Of a stretch of DNA of 64,000 nucleotides, positions 1-10,065 are shown piece after piece. This DNA is from Candidatus Latescibacterota bacterium. GTDB lineage: Bacteria; Latescibacterota; UBA2968. The position numbers and the translations under genes were made by a program. The DNA is taken from the NCBI GenBank assembly GCA_038279365.1, contig JAYODI010000012.1, positions 3,859 through 67,858 on the forward strand. Reading direction: 5' to 3'. Every line of letters starts with the position of its first letter. Position 1 is the stretch's first letter. The notes below the pieces were generated by a model, which had not been told where the DNA came from, made no database searches, and worked only from the letters and a program-made list of their open reading frames with translations.

Positions 1-22
1 CATTTGCCATTTGCCATTTGCC
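1..22. repeat. Heptamer tandem array (CATTTGC)x3, cut by the window edge
   Basis: catttgc catttgc catttgc c lies just downstream of the pstC stop; same unit as the 62761-62816 array. Confidence 0.85.
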
Positions 23-29
23 TGCCCCA

Positions 30-2270
30 TCAAATCCGACTATACCGTTCACGCAACCGTTGTCGAACCACTTCGGCAACGGTATTCACCACAAATGTCA
101 ATGCAGCCAACAACAACCCCGTAAGGAACAACACCCGATACAAAGTGCCCTCTTGAGGCGCTTCGGGAATTTCAACGGCAATATTTGCAGACATGGTGCG
201 CATGCCATTAAAAATAGAACTGTCCATAATGGGTGTATTTCCCGTGGCCATCAACACAATCATTGTTTCACCAACGGCCCGCCCAAACCCAATCATCGTG
301 GCCGAAAAAATACCTGGGCTGGCCGTAGGTAAAACCACGCGCATAGCCGTTTGCCAAGGAGTTGCCCCCAAAGCCAAAGACCCTGCCCGCAAATGCGAGG
401 GCACACTCGACAGCGCATCTTCACAAATTGTATAAATAATCGGCACCACAGCAAATCCCATCGCAAAACCGACCACCAAACAATTGCGTTGATCATAACG
501 CGTGTCTGACGTGGCAAACAACCATTTTTGAAAATGACCACCAAAAACAACAGCTTCCACAACAGGCCCCATCACAAACGACAACCACAAAGCCACAAGT
601 GTCACACCACCCAACAAAGCCAACATCACATGATTGGGTACCTGCCGCGTAAAGCTTTCGGGCAAGAGTGACCACCCCCAAGCACCCAAAATCACCACCA
701 CCGGCACGAAGGGCAACAGCAACAAAGCCCCAACCACTTCTTTCTCAAGCATAGGGGCCAACCAAAGACCTGCCAAAAAACCTAAAATAACACTGGGCAA
801 TGAGGCCATCAGTTCAACCACAGGTTTCACCCAATTTCGAACTTGAGGTGACGCAAATTCAGAAGTATAAATAGCAGCCAAAACAGCCAAAGGCAATGCA
901 AAAAGCATTGCATAAAATGTGCCTTTTAAAGTACCAAACAACAACGGCATAATGCTCATCTTGGGTTCAAACTCGTCCGTTCCGCCCGTCGATTGCCACA
1001 CATATTCTGGCTGGCCATATCCTTCGTACCACACCTTGCCAAAAAGTGTCTTGAGTGTTGTTTCTGGGTGTGGGTTATGAAAATCATATAACCGGATGTG
1101 CCCATCTTGAGACGCTGTAATAAACCCATTGATCTTAGGAGAAAATGCCAACGCAGAAATTCCAAACGCACTTTCGTTTAAAGAAAAAAATGTTTGTTCA
1201 GAAGTCATATGATGCACTGCAACATGACCATTTATGTCACCCGACAAAAATTGTTTGTCTCGTGACGAAGCAGCCAAAACAGTTACAGCACCATCATGTC
1301 CACGCAATGCATGGACCCGCTCAAGACTTTGTTCGTTGCCCCCTTCTCCCATCCGCACCGGCATCCAAGTGTTCACCTGCCCACCCGCATCTCCCACAAG
1401 CACAGACACATCACCCAACACAAATTCCAATGCCGTAATGGCCTGTTCCGATGCTTGAATGCGTTGCAACAAATCGGGTGAAGACTGCGGGCGCCCCACT
1501 TCCCAGCGAATAACCTCACCCCGATTGGTCCCCACCAACACATATCGCCCAGAACGTGCCACAGCCATACTCAGAGCCTGCCCTGTTACTTGCGATGTCA
1601 AATCGTGGGTAAACGTTTCCAACTTGCCACGCCCCAACAAACCCCGCCTTTGTGCCGAAACACCCAACATCAGTTGTCCCTGTTCCCCAATGGCCAAAAC
1701 AGTTCCTCGCCCATCTCCATCGTTGCGATAAACCATTTTAGACACAGGTGAATCAAACAGCTTCATCGAACCATCAATAAGCAATGAAGGCGTAACCGTT
1801 TGGGTACCATCTGTCTCAAAAACAACCTGAAAGTCCAAATGGGCCATCAACACCGCACCATCATCTAACCCCAACCCCAAATTCACATTATTCAATGCGC
1901 GATATGCCGAAACAATCCGCCGCCCTTCTAACGCTTCTATTGGAACCGGTTGAATCAAATCGCCCGAAGCAATGTCATAAAAATCGATTCCCGTTGCGTG
2001 TACGGCAAACAAAACTTTTTGATATTGATCAAGCCCCGTTGCCAACACACTCTCTCGGTGTTTCAAATTGATCTCTTGCGACAAAGAAACACGAGGTGGT
2101 GCAAACAAAGGATAAGATTCTATCAATACAAAAAAGAAAATGCCCAACACAGCAACAATCACGCTCAATCCACCAGCAGTAATCACCCACCTTCCCAGGC
2201 GATCCATCAAGCGTGCCGCAGGCGTAATACCAGGTAAACGACGAGAAGACGATTTGGCAGATAAGGCCAT
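30..2270 (-). CDS. pstC: Phosphate ABC transporter permease PstC with a large WD40/beta-propeller-like insertion
   Basis: C-terminal PstC motifs (GTLKGT, ELMASLPSVILG, EDALSSVP...SLALGATPWQT, RAVGETMIVLM) and GH..AVT/WD-like repeats. Lies downstream of pstS. Start placed at MALSAK (ORF track 2309). Confidence 0.9.
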   Translation of the reverse strand: MALSAKSSSRRLPGITPAARLMDRLGRWVITAGGLSVIVAVLGIFFFVLIESYPLFAPPRVSLSQEINLKHRESVLATGLDQYQKVLFAVHATGIDFYDIASGDLIQPVPIEALEGRRIVSAYRALNNVNLGLGLDDGAVLMAHLDFQVVFETDGTQTVTPSLLIDGSMKLFDSPVSKMVYRNDGDGRGTVLAIGEQGQLMLGVSAQRRGLLGRGKLETFTHDLTSQVTGQALSMAVARSGRYVLVGTNRGEVIRWEVGRPQSSPDLLQRIQASEQAITALEFVLGDVSVLVGDAGGQVNTWMPVRMGEGGNEQSLERVHALRGHDGAVTVLAASSRDKQFLSGDINGHVAVHHMTSEQTFFSLNESAFGISALAFSPKINGFITASQDGHIRLYDFHNPHPETTLKTLFGKVWYEGYGQPEYVWQSTGGTDEFEPKMSIMPLLFGTLKGTFYAMLFALPLAVLAAIYTSEFASPQVRNWVKPVVELMASLPSVILGFLAGLWLAPMLEKEVVGALLLLPFVPVVVILGAWGWSLLPESFTRQVPNHVMLALLGGVTLVALWLSFVMGPVVEAVVFGGHFQKWLFATSDTRYDQRNCLVVGFAMGFAVVPIIYTICEDALSSVPSHLRAGSLALGATPWQTAMRVVLPTASPGIFSATMIGFGRAVGETMIVLMATGNTPIMDSSIFNGMRTMSANIAVEIPEAPQEGTLYRVLFLTGLLLAALTFVVNTVAEVVRQRLRERYSRI

Positions 2271-2290
2271 AAAAAATCCCAACCATAAAA

Positions 2291-2322
2291 ACAAAGGGCA
2301 CGCTATCAAACGCGCCCTTTGT
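2291..2322 (-). terminator. pstS-pstC intergenic stem-loop (attenuating terminator or mRNA stabiliser)
   Basis: ACAAAGGGC...GCCCTTTGT arms followed by a T-run on the minus strand. Confidence 0.65.
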
Positions 2323-2332
2323 TAAACAATAC

Positions 2333-3304
2333 TTATTGAAGCTTTTCAAGCTCCTCTTTAACCACTTCGTAAGGAACAGGCATATACCCATCTTTAATCA
2401 CAATTTCTTGCCCTTCCTTCGAAAAAATAAACTTTGCAAATTCACGCACCAAAGGATCAAGCGGTTTCCCTGGTGCCTTGTTGATATACAAGCTCAAAAA
2501 ACGACCCAAAGGATAAGACCCATCTAACACATTTTCAAGGCTACCATCGCGAAACGGTTCTCCGTCTTCCAAGGCCAAGGGCACCACACGCACACCCGAA
2601 GTTTTGTAACCAATGCCACTATATCCCACAGCATATCGATCTTCTGCTACCCCTTGCACCACCGAAGCAGAACCGGGTTGTTCTTTTACTTCATCTTTGT
2701 AGTCACCTTTAAACAAAGCATGTTCTTTAAAAAAGCCATAGGTGCCCGAAGCTGAGTTTCGGCCATACAAGCTAAGGCCTGCATTTTGCCAATCTCCCTT
2801 CAAACCGACTTGGCCCCATTTGGAAATGTTTTCTTTGTATTCACCACGACGCGTCTTTGAAAAAATGGCATCTACTTGCGCCAGAGTTAATCCTTTAACT
2901 GTGTTATCTTTGTTGACAAACACTGCCAAAGCATCCAAAGAAGTACGCAACATCGTTGGCGGATATCCAAATTGCTTTTCAAACTTATCTACCTCTGTTG
3001 CCTTCATCGGACGCGACATCGGGCCAAACTGAGCCGTGCCTTCAATCAATGCTGGTGGTGCGGTGCTTGAACCTTTGCCTTCAATTTGAATCTTCACATT
3101 GGGATAATACTTTCGAAAGCTTTCCAACCAAAGTGCCATCAAATTGTTCATCGTATCAGAGCCAATACTGCTGGCGTTACCCGAAATGCCACTCACCTTT
3201 TTATAAACAGGTATACGTGCATCCACTTCAATCTGTTGTGCAAATACGGCTCCCGAAGCCAAAATGGCAAAAGCACAAATACTTGCACGAATCAATTTCA
3301 ACAT
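2333..3304 (-). CDS. pstS: Phosphate ABC transporter substrate-binding protein
   Basis: Signal peptide; GSDTM, GKGSSTA, MSRPMK, GRNSASGTY, YPLGRFL motifs; GGAGA RBS. Confidence 0.95.
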   Translation of the reverse strand: MLKLIRASICAFAILASGAVFAQQIEVDARIPVYKKVSGISGNASSIGSDTMNNLMALWLESFRKYYPNVKIQIEGKGSSTAPPALIEGTAQFGPMSRPMKATEVDKFEKQFGYPPTMLRTSLDALAVFVNKDNTVKGLTLAQVDAIFSKTRRGEYKENISKWGQVGLKGDWQNAGLSLYGRNSASGTYGFFKEHALFKGDYKDEVKEQPGSASVVQGVAEDRYAVGYSGIGYKTSGVRVVPLALEDGEPFRDGSLENVLDGSYPLGRFLSLYINKAPGKPLDPLVREFAKFIFSKEGQEIVIKDGYMPVPYEVVKEELEKLQ

Positions 3305-3360
3305 GGCGATCTCCCTTCTGTTACACGACGTTTTTTAGTGAACTCTCAGCGACAACGTGT

Positions 3361-3416
3361 AAGCTACCAACGCCCTGTTACGGTCGTGTGACAAATCATT
3401 GACAATTGCGTGATAA
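3361..3416 (-). promoter_or_regulatory. Pho-box array (4 units) plus -10 element of pstS
   Basis: Minus strand TTATCAC, TTGTCAA, TTGTCAC, CCGTAAC at exact 11-bp spacing, then 10 nt and TAGCTT. Confidence 0.85.
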
Positions 3417-3433
3417 ACATAAGATGACGACCC

Positions 3434-3511
3434 TGTCTCAAGGTCTCAAGTCACAGGTCAAAACATCGGACAGACATTCGACCTGTAACCTGCGACCTGC
3501 GACCTGCGACT
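3434..3511. repeat. Inverted pair of heptamer arrays (NCAGGTC-like / GACCTGC)
   Basis: tcaaggtc-tcaagtc-acaggtc, spacer, then gacctgt-aacctgc-gacctgc-gacctgc. Confidence 0.7.
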
Positions 3512-3522
3512 AATTTTACACC

Positions 3523-4485
3523 CTAAAACTTCACATACAAGGTCATACGGGGTACAACCTCGGCATCCACACCTGTGGCCTGAAAAGAGGTGACCAAAAC
3601 ATTGGGCATCACATGCACATCTTTGGTTGGCTCAAAGTCCAGCCCACCAATAAAGTACAAGGTGCGGTCATTGCCAGCTTTATTGCTGGGGTCAAAAAAG
3701 TCAACCCGACCAAAAGCTTTTGTTTTTTCGCTCACAGAACCAGAGCCAAACACCGACACCCCACGCACCTGCACATCCCCTGCAGGGTTATTGCGCTTTT
3801 GCAAAAAACCTTCAATGCCCCCTTGAAAACCATCCTTCTTAAGCCCCAAAAATCCGCCAACAGTCATGCGATCTTGACTACCTGCTCTTTTTTCCCAATC
3901 GACATATGCTGTTGCATTTAAAGCACTTGGTTTAAAATGTAACAGCGCATAAATCTTTTTGTTGTTATCCGCTTCCGAAGCCTGTCCACTGCCATTGGCC
4001 AACATAATTTGTGTATTGACTTTGCCCTCACCATCCAATTGCCCATGAAATGCCAAACCAATGTCTGCCGAGGAAGCAATTTTATTCAAATCCATAATGG
4101 TCTTCTGAACCGACCGATAACCCCAAATTTCTTCACTCACACTCCAAGTAGGTGTGCCAGACAAACCCATATAAAGCGCCTTGCCATTTTTGCGATAACG
4201 CACATACGCATGCTTTACAAAAGGCTCCATCTTATTGCCACTTCCAAAACCACCATCATTCATCTCCAAACGCACACGTCCCGAAAATTCATCATCCCAT
4301 TTCAAATCATACGTCAAGTAAATACGCCGAAATTCAAACCCATTTTGCTTCTTTTTGGTGCCAGTGGCATAATAATAATAATCTGCAAATGCCACCCCTT
4401 TGAGCGTATTTTCGGCGGCCCTTGCCTGCCCCCCCAAACTCACCACACCCAATACCAGCAAAAAACCCATAATCTTCCGCAACAT
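3523..4485 (-). CDS. Outer-membrane porin, probably phosphate-selective (OprO/P-like)
   Basis: Signal peptide, FEFRRIYL and FVKHAY motifs, alternating beta-strand pattern, C-terminal Phe; lies upstream of pstS behind a Pho-box array. Confidence 0.75.
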   Translation of the reverse strand: MLRKIMGFLLVLGVVSLGGQARAAENTLKGVAFADYYYYATGTKKKQNGFEFRRIYLTYDLKWDDEFSGRVRLEMNDGGFGSGNKMEPFVKHAYVRYRKNGKALYMGLSGTPTWSVSEEIWGYRSVQKTIMDLNKIASSADIGLAFHGQLDGEGKVNTQIMLANGSGQASEADNNKKIYALLHFKPSALNATAYVDWEKRAGSQDRMTVGGFLGLKKDGFQGGIEGFLQKRNNPAGDVQVRGVSVFGSGSVSEKTKAFGRVDFFDPSNKAGNDRTLYFIGGLDFEPTKDVHVMPNVLVTSFQATGVDAEVVPRMTLYVKF

Positions 4486-4535
4486 AGCACATTCTTCCTA
4501 TAAGTATCAAAAACCCATTTTTTGCGATACTGCTC

Positions 4536-4608
4536 GTTATTTACGCGTTACAAAAAAACCACAAAATCGTGACAAAACAGTGACGGCTTTGTTACAGTTG
4601 TGTTACAA
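4536..4608 (-). promoter_or_regulatory. Long Pho-box array (5 good and 2 degenerate units) upstream of the porin
   Basis: Minus strand TTGTAAC(4602), CTGTAAC(4591), CCGTCAC(4580), TTGTCAC(4569), degenerate unit(4558), TTGTAAC(4547), AAATAAC(4536); 11-bp period. Confidence 0.85.
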
Positions 4609-4669
4609 TTTCAAAACCGATCAGTCTTGATTTTGCCATAAGAAGAATTCCCATCCTTTTGCGTTTCAT

Positions 4670-4725
4670 TTGTCACAAAACCGCCACAAAACTGCCATAA
4701 AACCGTGACTTGCTAAGCCTACTAT
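4670..4725 (+). promoter_or_regulatory. Pho-box array (4 units) plus -10 element of the response regulator
   Basis: TTGTCAC(4670), CCGCCAC(4681), CTGCCAT(4692), CCGTGAC(4703), 10 nt, TACTAT(4720). Confidence 0.8.
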
Positions 4726-4762
4726 CAATGATCAACAGATTTTGTTACAAAGGGGCTGGCAT

Positions 4763-5461
4763 TTGGCTGAGCGAATTCTCATCATAGACAAAGAACCCAA
4801 CACAGTCGAAACGGTTCGCAACAATTTAGAACTAACAGGTTACAATGTGATGACAACGCCAAATGCAGAAACGGCGTTGAACATCATTCAACGAAACCTG
4901 CCAGATCTCATATTGCTGGATCCCATTCTACCCGGTATGGATGGTTTTACATTTTGCAAACATCTCAGACAAGAAAATAGAACCCAAGATGTACCCATTT
5001 GTGTCCTGTCTGCGCAAGATGACGAAATCAATCGGGTGCTGGCCTTTGAATTGGGTGTCGATGACTACCTCACCAAACCCTTTTCTCTCCGAGAACTCCT
5101 GCTGCGCATCCGCATCATTCTAAAACGCAAGCAGAAACAACATACCCAACCCCAAAATCGTCTGACCTACGGCGCTTTTAGTATAGACAAATCAGCCCAC
5201 GAAGTATTTTTAAACAACCAACCGCTATCCCTCACCGTCATAGAATTCCAATTGCTCACCACACTCGTGGAACGCATCGGGCGGGTTCAAACCCGCGAAG
5301 ATCTGCTCAATGCCGTGTGGGGGTATGAACACACCGGCAATGGCCGTATGGTCGATGCACACATCAGACGCATGCGAGCCAAACTTGGCAAAGCACAATC
5401 GATGATCCGCACCGTGCGTGGTGTTGGGTATTGCTTTACCCCCGAAAACCCCTCCGAATAA
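4763..5461 (+). CDS. OmpR/PhoB-family response regulator (paralog 1)
   Basis: Receiver (DLILLD, KPFS) plus winged helix (VDAHIRRMRAKL, TVRGVGY). TTG start inferred from the AAGGGG RBS (ORF track 4742). Confidence 0.9.
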   Translation: MAERILIIDKEPNTVETVRNNLELTGYNVMTTPNAETALNIIQRNLPDLILLDPILPGMDGFTFCKHLRQENRTQDVPICVLSAQDDEINRVLAFELGVDDYLTKPFSLRELLLRIRIILKRKQKQHTQPQNRLTYGAFSIDKSAHEVFLNNQPLSLTVIEFQLLTTLVERIGRVQTREDLLNAVWGYEHTGNGRMVDAHIRRMRAKLGKAQSMIRTVRGVGYCFTPENPSE

Positions 5462-5483
5462 CACCCCCTCTTCCAAAACACAC

Positions 5484-5561
5484 GTGTCGCACATCTGTAT
5501 CCATCTTGTCACCAAATCGTAACTCACCCGTAACTGCGCCTCAACATGAGCGGGGTAAATT
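5484..5561 (+). promoter_or_regulatory. Pho-box array (up to 6 units) plus -10 element of the TonB-dependent receptor
   Basis: GTGTCGC(5484), CTGTATC, TTGTCAC, TCGTAAC, CCGTAAC, CCTCAAC(5539), 10 nt, TAAATT(5556). Confidence 0.8.
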
Positions 5562-5642
5562 CGCTCTATACGTGATAACAATGGGTAAACGATGTCGCGG
5601 ATACCCAAATTTTTAATGCAGTAAGAAAGGGGATACGTCGCA

Positions 5643-8435
5643 ATGAAATATGTTTTAAGTCTGTTCGCGGTCTTTTTGTTTTGTGCATCAGTACCAGCAC
5701 AAGACATGGGCAAAATCCAAGGCGTCATCGTCGATGCCGAAACGGGGGAACCACTCATCGGCGCCAACGTCGTTATCAAAGACGAAGCCGGTGTACCCAT
5801 TTATGGCACAGCAACCAACCTCGATGGGCAATTTACACTCGCAGCCCCAATAGGCACACACAACATTGAGGTGAGTTACATCACCTACGCCACAAAAATC
5901 ATTACAGATGTCATCATCGGGGCAAAACAACCCACCACAATCAACATCTCTCTCCCTCCCGAAGGTTTACAAGCCGACGAAATCATTGTCACAGCCAAGG
6001 CCGAACAAAACAGCGAAGTCTCTATGTTGGCCATGCAACAAAAGTCGGCCATTGTGACCGATGGCATCAGTGCCGAGCTTATGAGCCGATCTTCTTCTTC
6101 CGATGCCGGTGATGCACTCAAACGTGTTACCGGTATTACTGTGGTCGGTGGCAAATATGTCTATGTGCGCGGTTTGGGCGAGCGCTACAGCAACACCCAA
6201 GTCAACGGAGCCGATATGCCAAGCCCCGAACCCAACCGACGTGTGGTTCCCATGGACATTTTCCCTGCGGGTTTGCTCGAAAACATTCAGGTCTCCAAAA
6301 CATTTTCACCCGATCAACCTGGTGATTTTTCCGGCGGTTCCGTACAAGTCAAAACACGTGACTTTCCAGACAAGTTCACATTGTCCTTCTCTGCGTCTGG
6401 CGGTTACCACTCACAAACCACATTCAAAGACGCCCAAACCTATGCCGGTGGTTCGTGGGATTTTATGGGCATAGATGATGGCGCACGCAGTTTGCCAGAC
6501 CTGGTCAAAACCCAAGCAACCGACCAACCCATTCGGCAACGCGGTCGTTTTTCGACAACAGGTTTTACCGCAGAAGAAGTGCAAGCTTTTGGCCAATCCT
6601 TCTCTAACATTTGGCAACCCCGCACCACAAGTGCCCCCGTCAACCAATCTTATAGCGTAAGCATGGGCAATGCCATTGGTGATGGCAACCGTGAGTTGGG
6701 TTATGTGGCATCCTTTACCTATGACAACAGCCTTAAAAATGCCGATGAAAATTGGAACACATATCGCATTACAGCGGATCCGTCAGGCAACCAAATCTTA
6801 AACCCATTTACAACCTACAGCGTCAAATCCACAACCAACTCCATTTTGTGGGGATCACTCTTTAATGTGAGCCTACGCTTGTCTCCACTTCATAAAATCA
6901 GTGTCAAAACCCTCTATAATCGCAACACAGACGACGAAGCCCGCACCTACACAGGGTTTAATTCCGACCGAGGCACAGATCTCCTCGACTATCGACTTCA
7001 ATTTGTAGAACGCGGCATTTTTACCAGCCAATTGTCCGGTGACCATCATTTTGGCCCCCTGCTCAATTCCAATGTCGAATGGATGGTCAGCACATCCAAA
7101 GCCACACGTGATGAACCCGACAACCGCGAAGTGCTCTACGAACAACGCAATGGAGAATGGACATTTTTCGACATCACCCAAAGCGGCAGCCGCTTTTTCT
7201 TCGACCTTGTTGACGATGCCCAAAGTGCCAAGATTGATTGGACAGTTCCCTTTTCAGGCTTTGGCTCCTTGGCATCTAAGCTCAAGTTTGGAGCCAAATG
7301 GTCAACCAAAGACCGTTCTTTCGATGCCCGCCGTTTCCGCTTTGAGCAATCCAGCGGCATTCAAAGAAGTGTTGATCTCAGCCTCGATCCTGAAGAAATT
7401 TTCGTTCCCGAAAACATTGCCCCAGGCCTGTTCCAATTGCGTGAAACCACACGCGCCACAGACAACTACAGCGCTTCTCAAGATCTTTGGGCCACCTACT
7501 TGCTCACCGACTTTCAACTGTCGACCAAATGGCGGTTTGTCGGTGGCTTTCGCATCGAAAATTCCAAACAATCACTCATCTCTTTTGATCCATTCTCTAC
7601 CACAACCCTTCCTATCGAAGTGGCTTTAGATGACACAGACGTTTTACCAGGTTTAAATCTGGTCTACAAACTCACAGACCGCACCAACTTGCGTACCGCT
7701 TATTCACGCACCGTTGCCCGACCCGATTTTCGCGAATTGGCCCCCTTTGAATTCACCGACTTTATTGGTGGACGTGCCGTATCAGGCAACCCCAACCTCA
7801 AACGTTCCAACATCGACAACTTCGATTTGCGTTACGAAACCTTTCCACGCTTGGGCGAATTGATGGCCGTGAGTGCGTTTTACAAAAAATTCCACGATCC
7901 CATCGAACAAATTATTCGCCCCACAGCTCAACTAAGTGTGACCTACCAAAACGCCAAAGCAGCTACAAACTATGGGCTTGAGCTCGAATTTCGCCGCCGT
8001 CTCGATGCCATTGCGCCATCATTTGAACCCTTATCCGTCAATGTCAACGTGACATTGGTCAAATCCGAAATCGACATTGAACCCGGCTTAGGCGTACAAA
8101 CATCCGATTCACGTGCCCTACAAGGCCAATCTCCCTATGTGGTTAACGTAACCCTTGGATACGACAATGAAGACAAAGGCTTACAAGGCAACTTGCTCTA
8201 CAATGTCTTTGGCCGCCGCATCAGCGAAGTAGGTGCCCAAGGGTTGCCCGATGTTTACGAACAACCTCGCCACCAAGTCGATTTGAATCTCAAAAAGAAA
8301 CACGGCAAGTTCACATACAAACTCTCGGCCAAAAACCTGCTCGACAGCAAAGTGTTGTACAAGCAGGCAGAAGGTGTCTATCGTGAACACCACGCCGGGC
8401 GCTCGTTCTCTCTTGGCATGAGCTACGACCGCTAA
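5643..8435 (+). CDS. TonB-dependent receptor with N-terminal carboxypeptidase-regulatory-like domain
   Basis: Signal peptide, GEPLIGANV, plug VRGLGERY, barrel motifs ARPDFRELAPF, GNPNLK, AKNLLD. Confidence 0.92.
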   Translation: MKYVLSLFAVFLFCASVPAQDMGKIQGVIVDAETGEPLIGANVVIKDEAGVPIYGTATNLDGQFTLAAPIGTHNIEVSYITYATKIITDVIIGAKQPTTINISLPPEGLQADEIIVTAKAEQNSEVSMLAMQQKSAIVTDGISAELMSRSSSSDAGDALKRVTGITVVGGKYVYVRGLGERYSNTQVNGADMPSPEPNRRVVPMDIFPAGLLENIQVSKTFSPDQPGDFSGGSVQVKTRDFPDKFTLSFSASGGYHSQTTFKDAQTYAGGSWDFMGIDDGARSLPDLVKTQATDQPIRQRGRFSTTGFTAEEVQAFGQSFSNIWQPRTTSAPVNQSYSVSMGNAIGDGNRELGYVASFTYDNSLKNADENWNTYRITADPSGNQILNPFTTYSVKSTTNSILWGSLFNVSLRLSPLHKISVKTLYNRNTDDEARTYTGFNSDRGTDLLDYRLQFVERGIFTSQLSGDHHFGPLLNSNVEWMVSTSKATRDEPDNREVLYEQRNGEWTFFDITQSGSRFFFDLVDDAQSAKIDWTVPFSGFGSLASKLKFGAKWSTKDRSFDARRFRFEQSSGIQRSVDLSLDPEEIFVPENIAPGLFQLRETTRATDNYSASQDLWATYLLTDFQLSTKWRFVGGFRIENSKQSLISFDPFSTTTLPIEVALDDTDVLPGLNLVYKLTDRTNLRTAYSRTVARPDFRELAPFEFTDFIGGRAVSGNPNLKRSNIDNFDLRYETFPRLGELMAVSAFYKKFHDPIEQIIRPTAQLSVTYQNAKAATNYGLELEFRRRLDAIAPSFEPLSVNVNVTLVKSEIDIEPGLGVQTSDSRALQGQSPYVVNVTLGYDNEDKGLQGNLLYNVFGRRISEVGAQGLPDVYEQPRHQVDLNLKKKHGKFTYKLSAKNLLDSKVLYKQAEGVYREHHAGRSFSLGMSYDR

Positions 8436-8456
8436 AACCCACAGAAAGGATATCCC

Positions 8457-9929
8457 GTGAGACGTCTTTACCGCGTTTTGCTTTTTTTGAGCCTCTCCAT
8501 AGGACTCACTGGCATCGCAAGCGCACAGGTTGCGCGTTCCGACTTTAACGCCAGTGGCACCATAGATTTTCCAGACTTCTTAGCCTTTGCACAGGCATAT
8601 GGAACCAACAATCCGCTTTTCGACTTTGACAACAGTGGCAGTGTCGATTTTCCTGATTTTCTCGATTTTGCAAACGCATTTGGGCAATCTTACACCAAAA
8701 GTGCAACCCCCAATGTGTTGTCGGGCAATATATCCAACACCACCGTACTGACCAATGCCGCAGATCACCTGTTGTCAGGGGCCGTATTTGTCCAAGATGG
8801 TGCCACACTTATCATTATGCCAGGTGTGACCATTTTTGGAGAAGGCGCAACAAATGGCACGCTCATTATTGCACAAGGTGGCAAAATCATTGCCGATGGC
8901 ACCAAAGACAAACCCATTGTCTTCACCTCCGACCAACTCGAAGGTCAACGTGATCGCGGCCAATGGGGTGGTCTCATCATCAACGGACGCGCACCCATCA
9001 ACACAGGTGCTGTCGCTTTTGGTGAAGGTGACACAGGCCAATACGGTGGCACAGACGCTGCCGATAACTCGGGCATCTTGCGTTATGTGCGCGTTGAGTT
9101 TGCAGGTATCGAATTTTCTCCAGACAACGAACTCAACGGCATCGCCTTCCAAGGCGTCGGCTCTGGCACCACAGTAGATTATGTACAAGTTCACTTTAAT
9201 CAAGACGACGGCATCGAGTTCTTCGGTGGCACCGTCAATGCCAAACACCTTTACTGCACAGGCATTCGTGATGACTCCTTCGACTGGACAGATGGTTGGA
9301 CTGGCAAAGGACAATTCTGGGTGGCCCAACAACGCGGTGATGATGCAGACAATGGCATCGAAGCAGACAATGATGGCGACAACAACGAAGCCACACCACG
9401 ATCCAATCCCACACTCTACAATCTCACTTTGGTGGGCGATCCCAACGGACCAGAGTCCGACACAGGTATGTTGTTGCGTGAAGGTACGGCAGCAACCATT
9501 CGCAATGCCATTGTCATAGGATTCAACCTATCAGGATTAGATGTTGATCAGTCTTCCACATTTAACCAAGCCAACAGCGGTGCACTCAGTGTGCAAAACA
9601 CCATCTTCTTCAACAACCGCACCAGCCAAGGCGACACCAAAGTAGCAGGGAACTTTAATCTCGATGACGATGGATTTGACGAAGCCGCTTGGGCAAAAAC
9701 TGCAAGCTTCAACAATTCAGAAAGTGATCCCGCTCTCATGGCTCCTTATAGCCATACCTTGCCAGATTATACCCCAGCTTCCAACTCTCCAGCGGCCAAC
9801 GGCACCGTAGCAGTGGCCACACCCCCCAATGATGGTTTCTTTATTCCAGTCTCTTTCATTGGTGCAATGGGGCCCAACAACAACTGGTTAGCCGGTTGGA
9901 TTACCACAGAAATGCCAAAAGGCCAGTAG
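8457..9929 (+). CDS. Secreted protein: dockerin/EF-hand-like duplicated module plus Asp/Gly-rich beta-helix domain
   Basis: Signal peptide; DFNASGTIDFPDFL...DFDNSGSVDFPDFL; PIVFTS, WGGLIING, DNSGILRYVRVEFAG, DDGIEFFGG, DDSFDW. Confidence 0.8.
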   Translation: MRRLYRVLLFLSLSIGLTGIASAQVARSDFNASGTIDFPDFLAFAQAYGTNNPLFDFDNSGSVDFPDFLDFANAFGQSYTKSATPNVLSGNISNTTVLTNAADHLLSGAVFVQDGATLIIMPGVTIFGEGATNGTLIIAQGGKIIADGTKDKPIVFTSDQLEGQRDRGQWGGLIINGRAPINTGAVAFGEGDTGQYGGTDAADNSGILRYVRVEFAGIEFSPDNELNGIAFQGVGSGTTVDYVQVHFNQDDGIEFFGGTVNAKHLYCTGIRDDSFDWTDGWTGKGQFWVAQQRGDDADNGIEADNDGDNNEATPRSNPTLYNLTLVGDPNGPESDTGMLLREGTAATIRNAIVIGFNLSGLDVDQSSTFNQANSGALSVQNTIFFNNRTSQGDTKVAGNFNLDDDGFDEAAWAKTASFNNSESDPALMAPYSHTLPDYTPASNSPAANGTVAVATPPNDGFFIPVSFIGAMGPNNNWLAGWITTEMPKGQ

Positions 9930-9951
9930 TCCCAAGCCCATAGGCAAAGAC

Positions 9952-9987
9952 AAAAGATCGGACAGGCAGTTGCTTGTCCGATCTTTT
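9952..9987 (+). terminator. Rho-independent terminator
   Basis: AAAAGATCGGACAGGCA / TGCTTGTCCGATCTTTT. Confidence 0.85.
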
Positions 9988-10065
9988 CTTTATGACCCAA
10001 ATTGACTATCTTAATCCATGATTACATTGAACACCTCAACAAACTTACACAATCAGGAATAGCCC

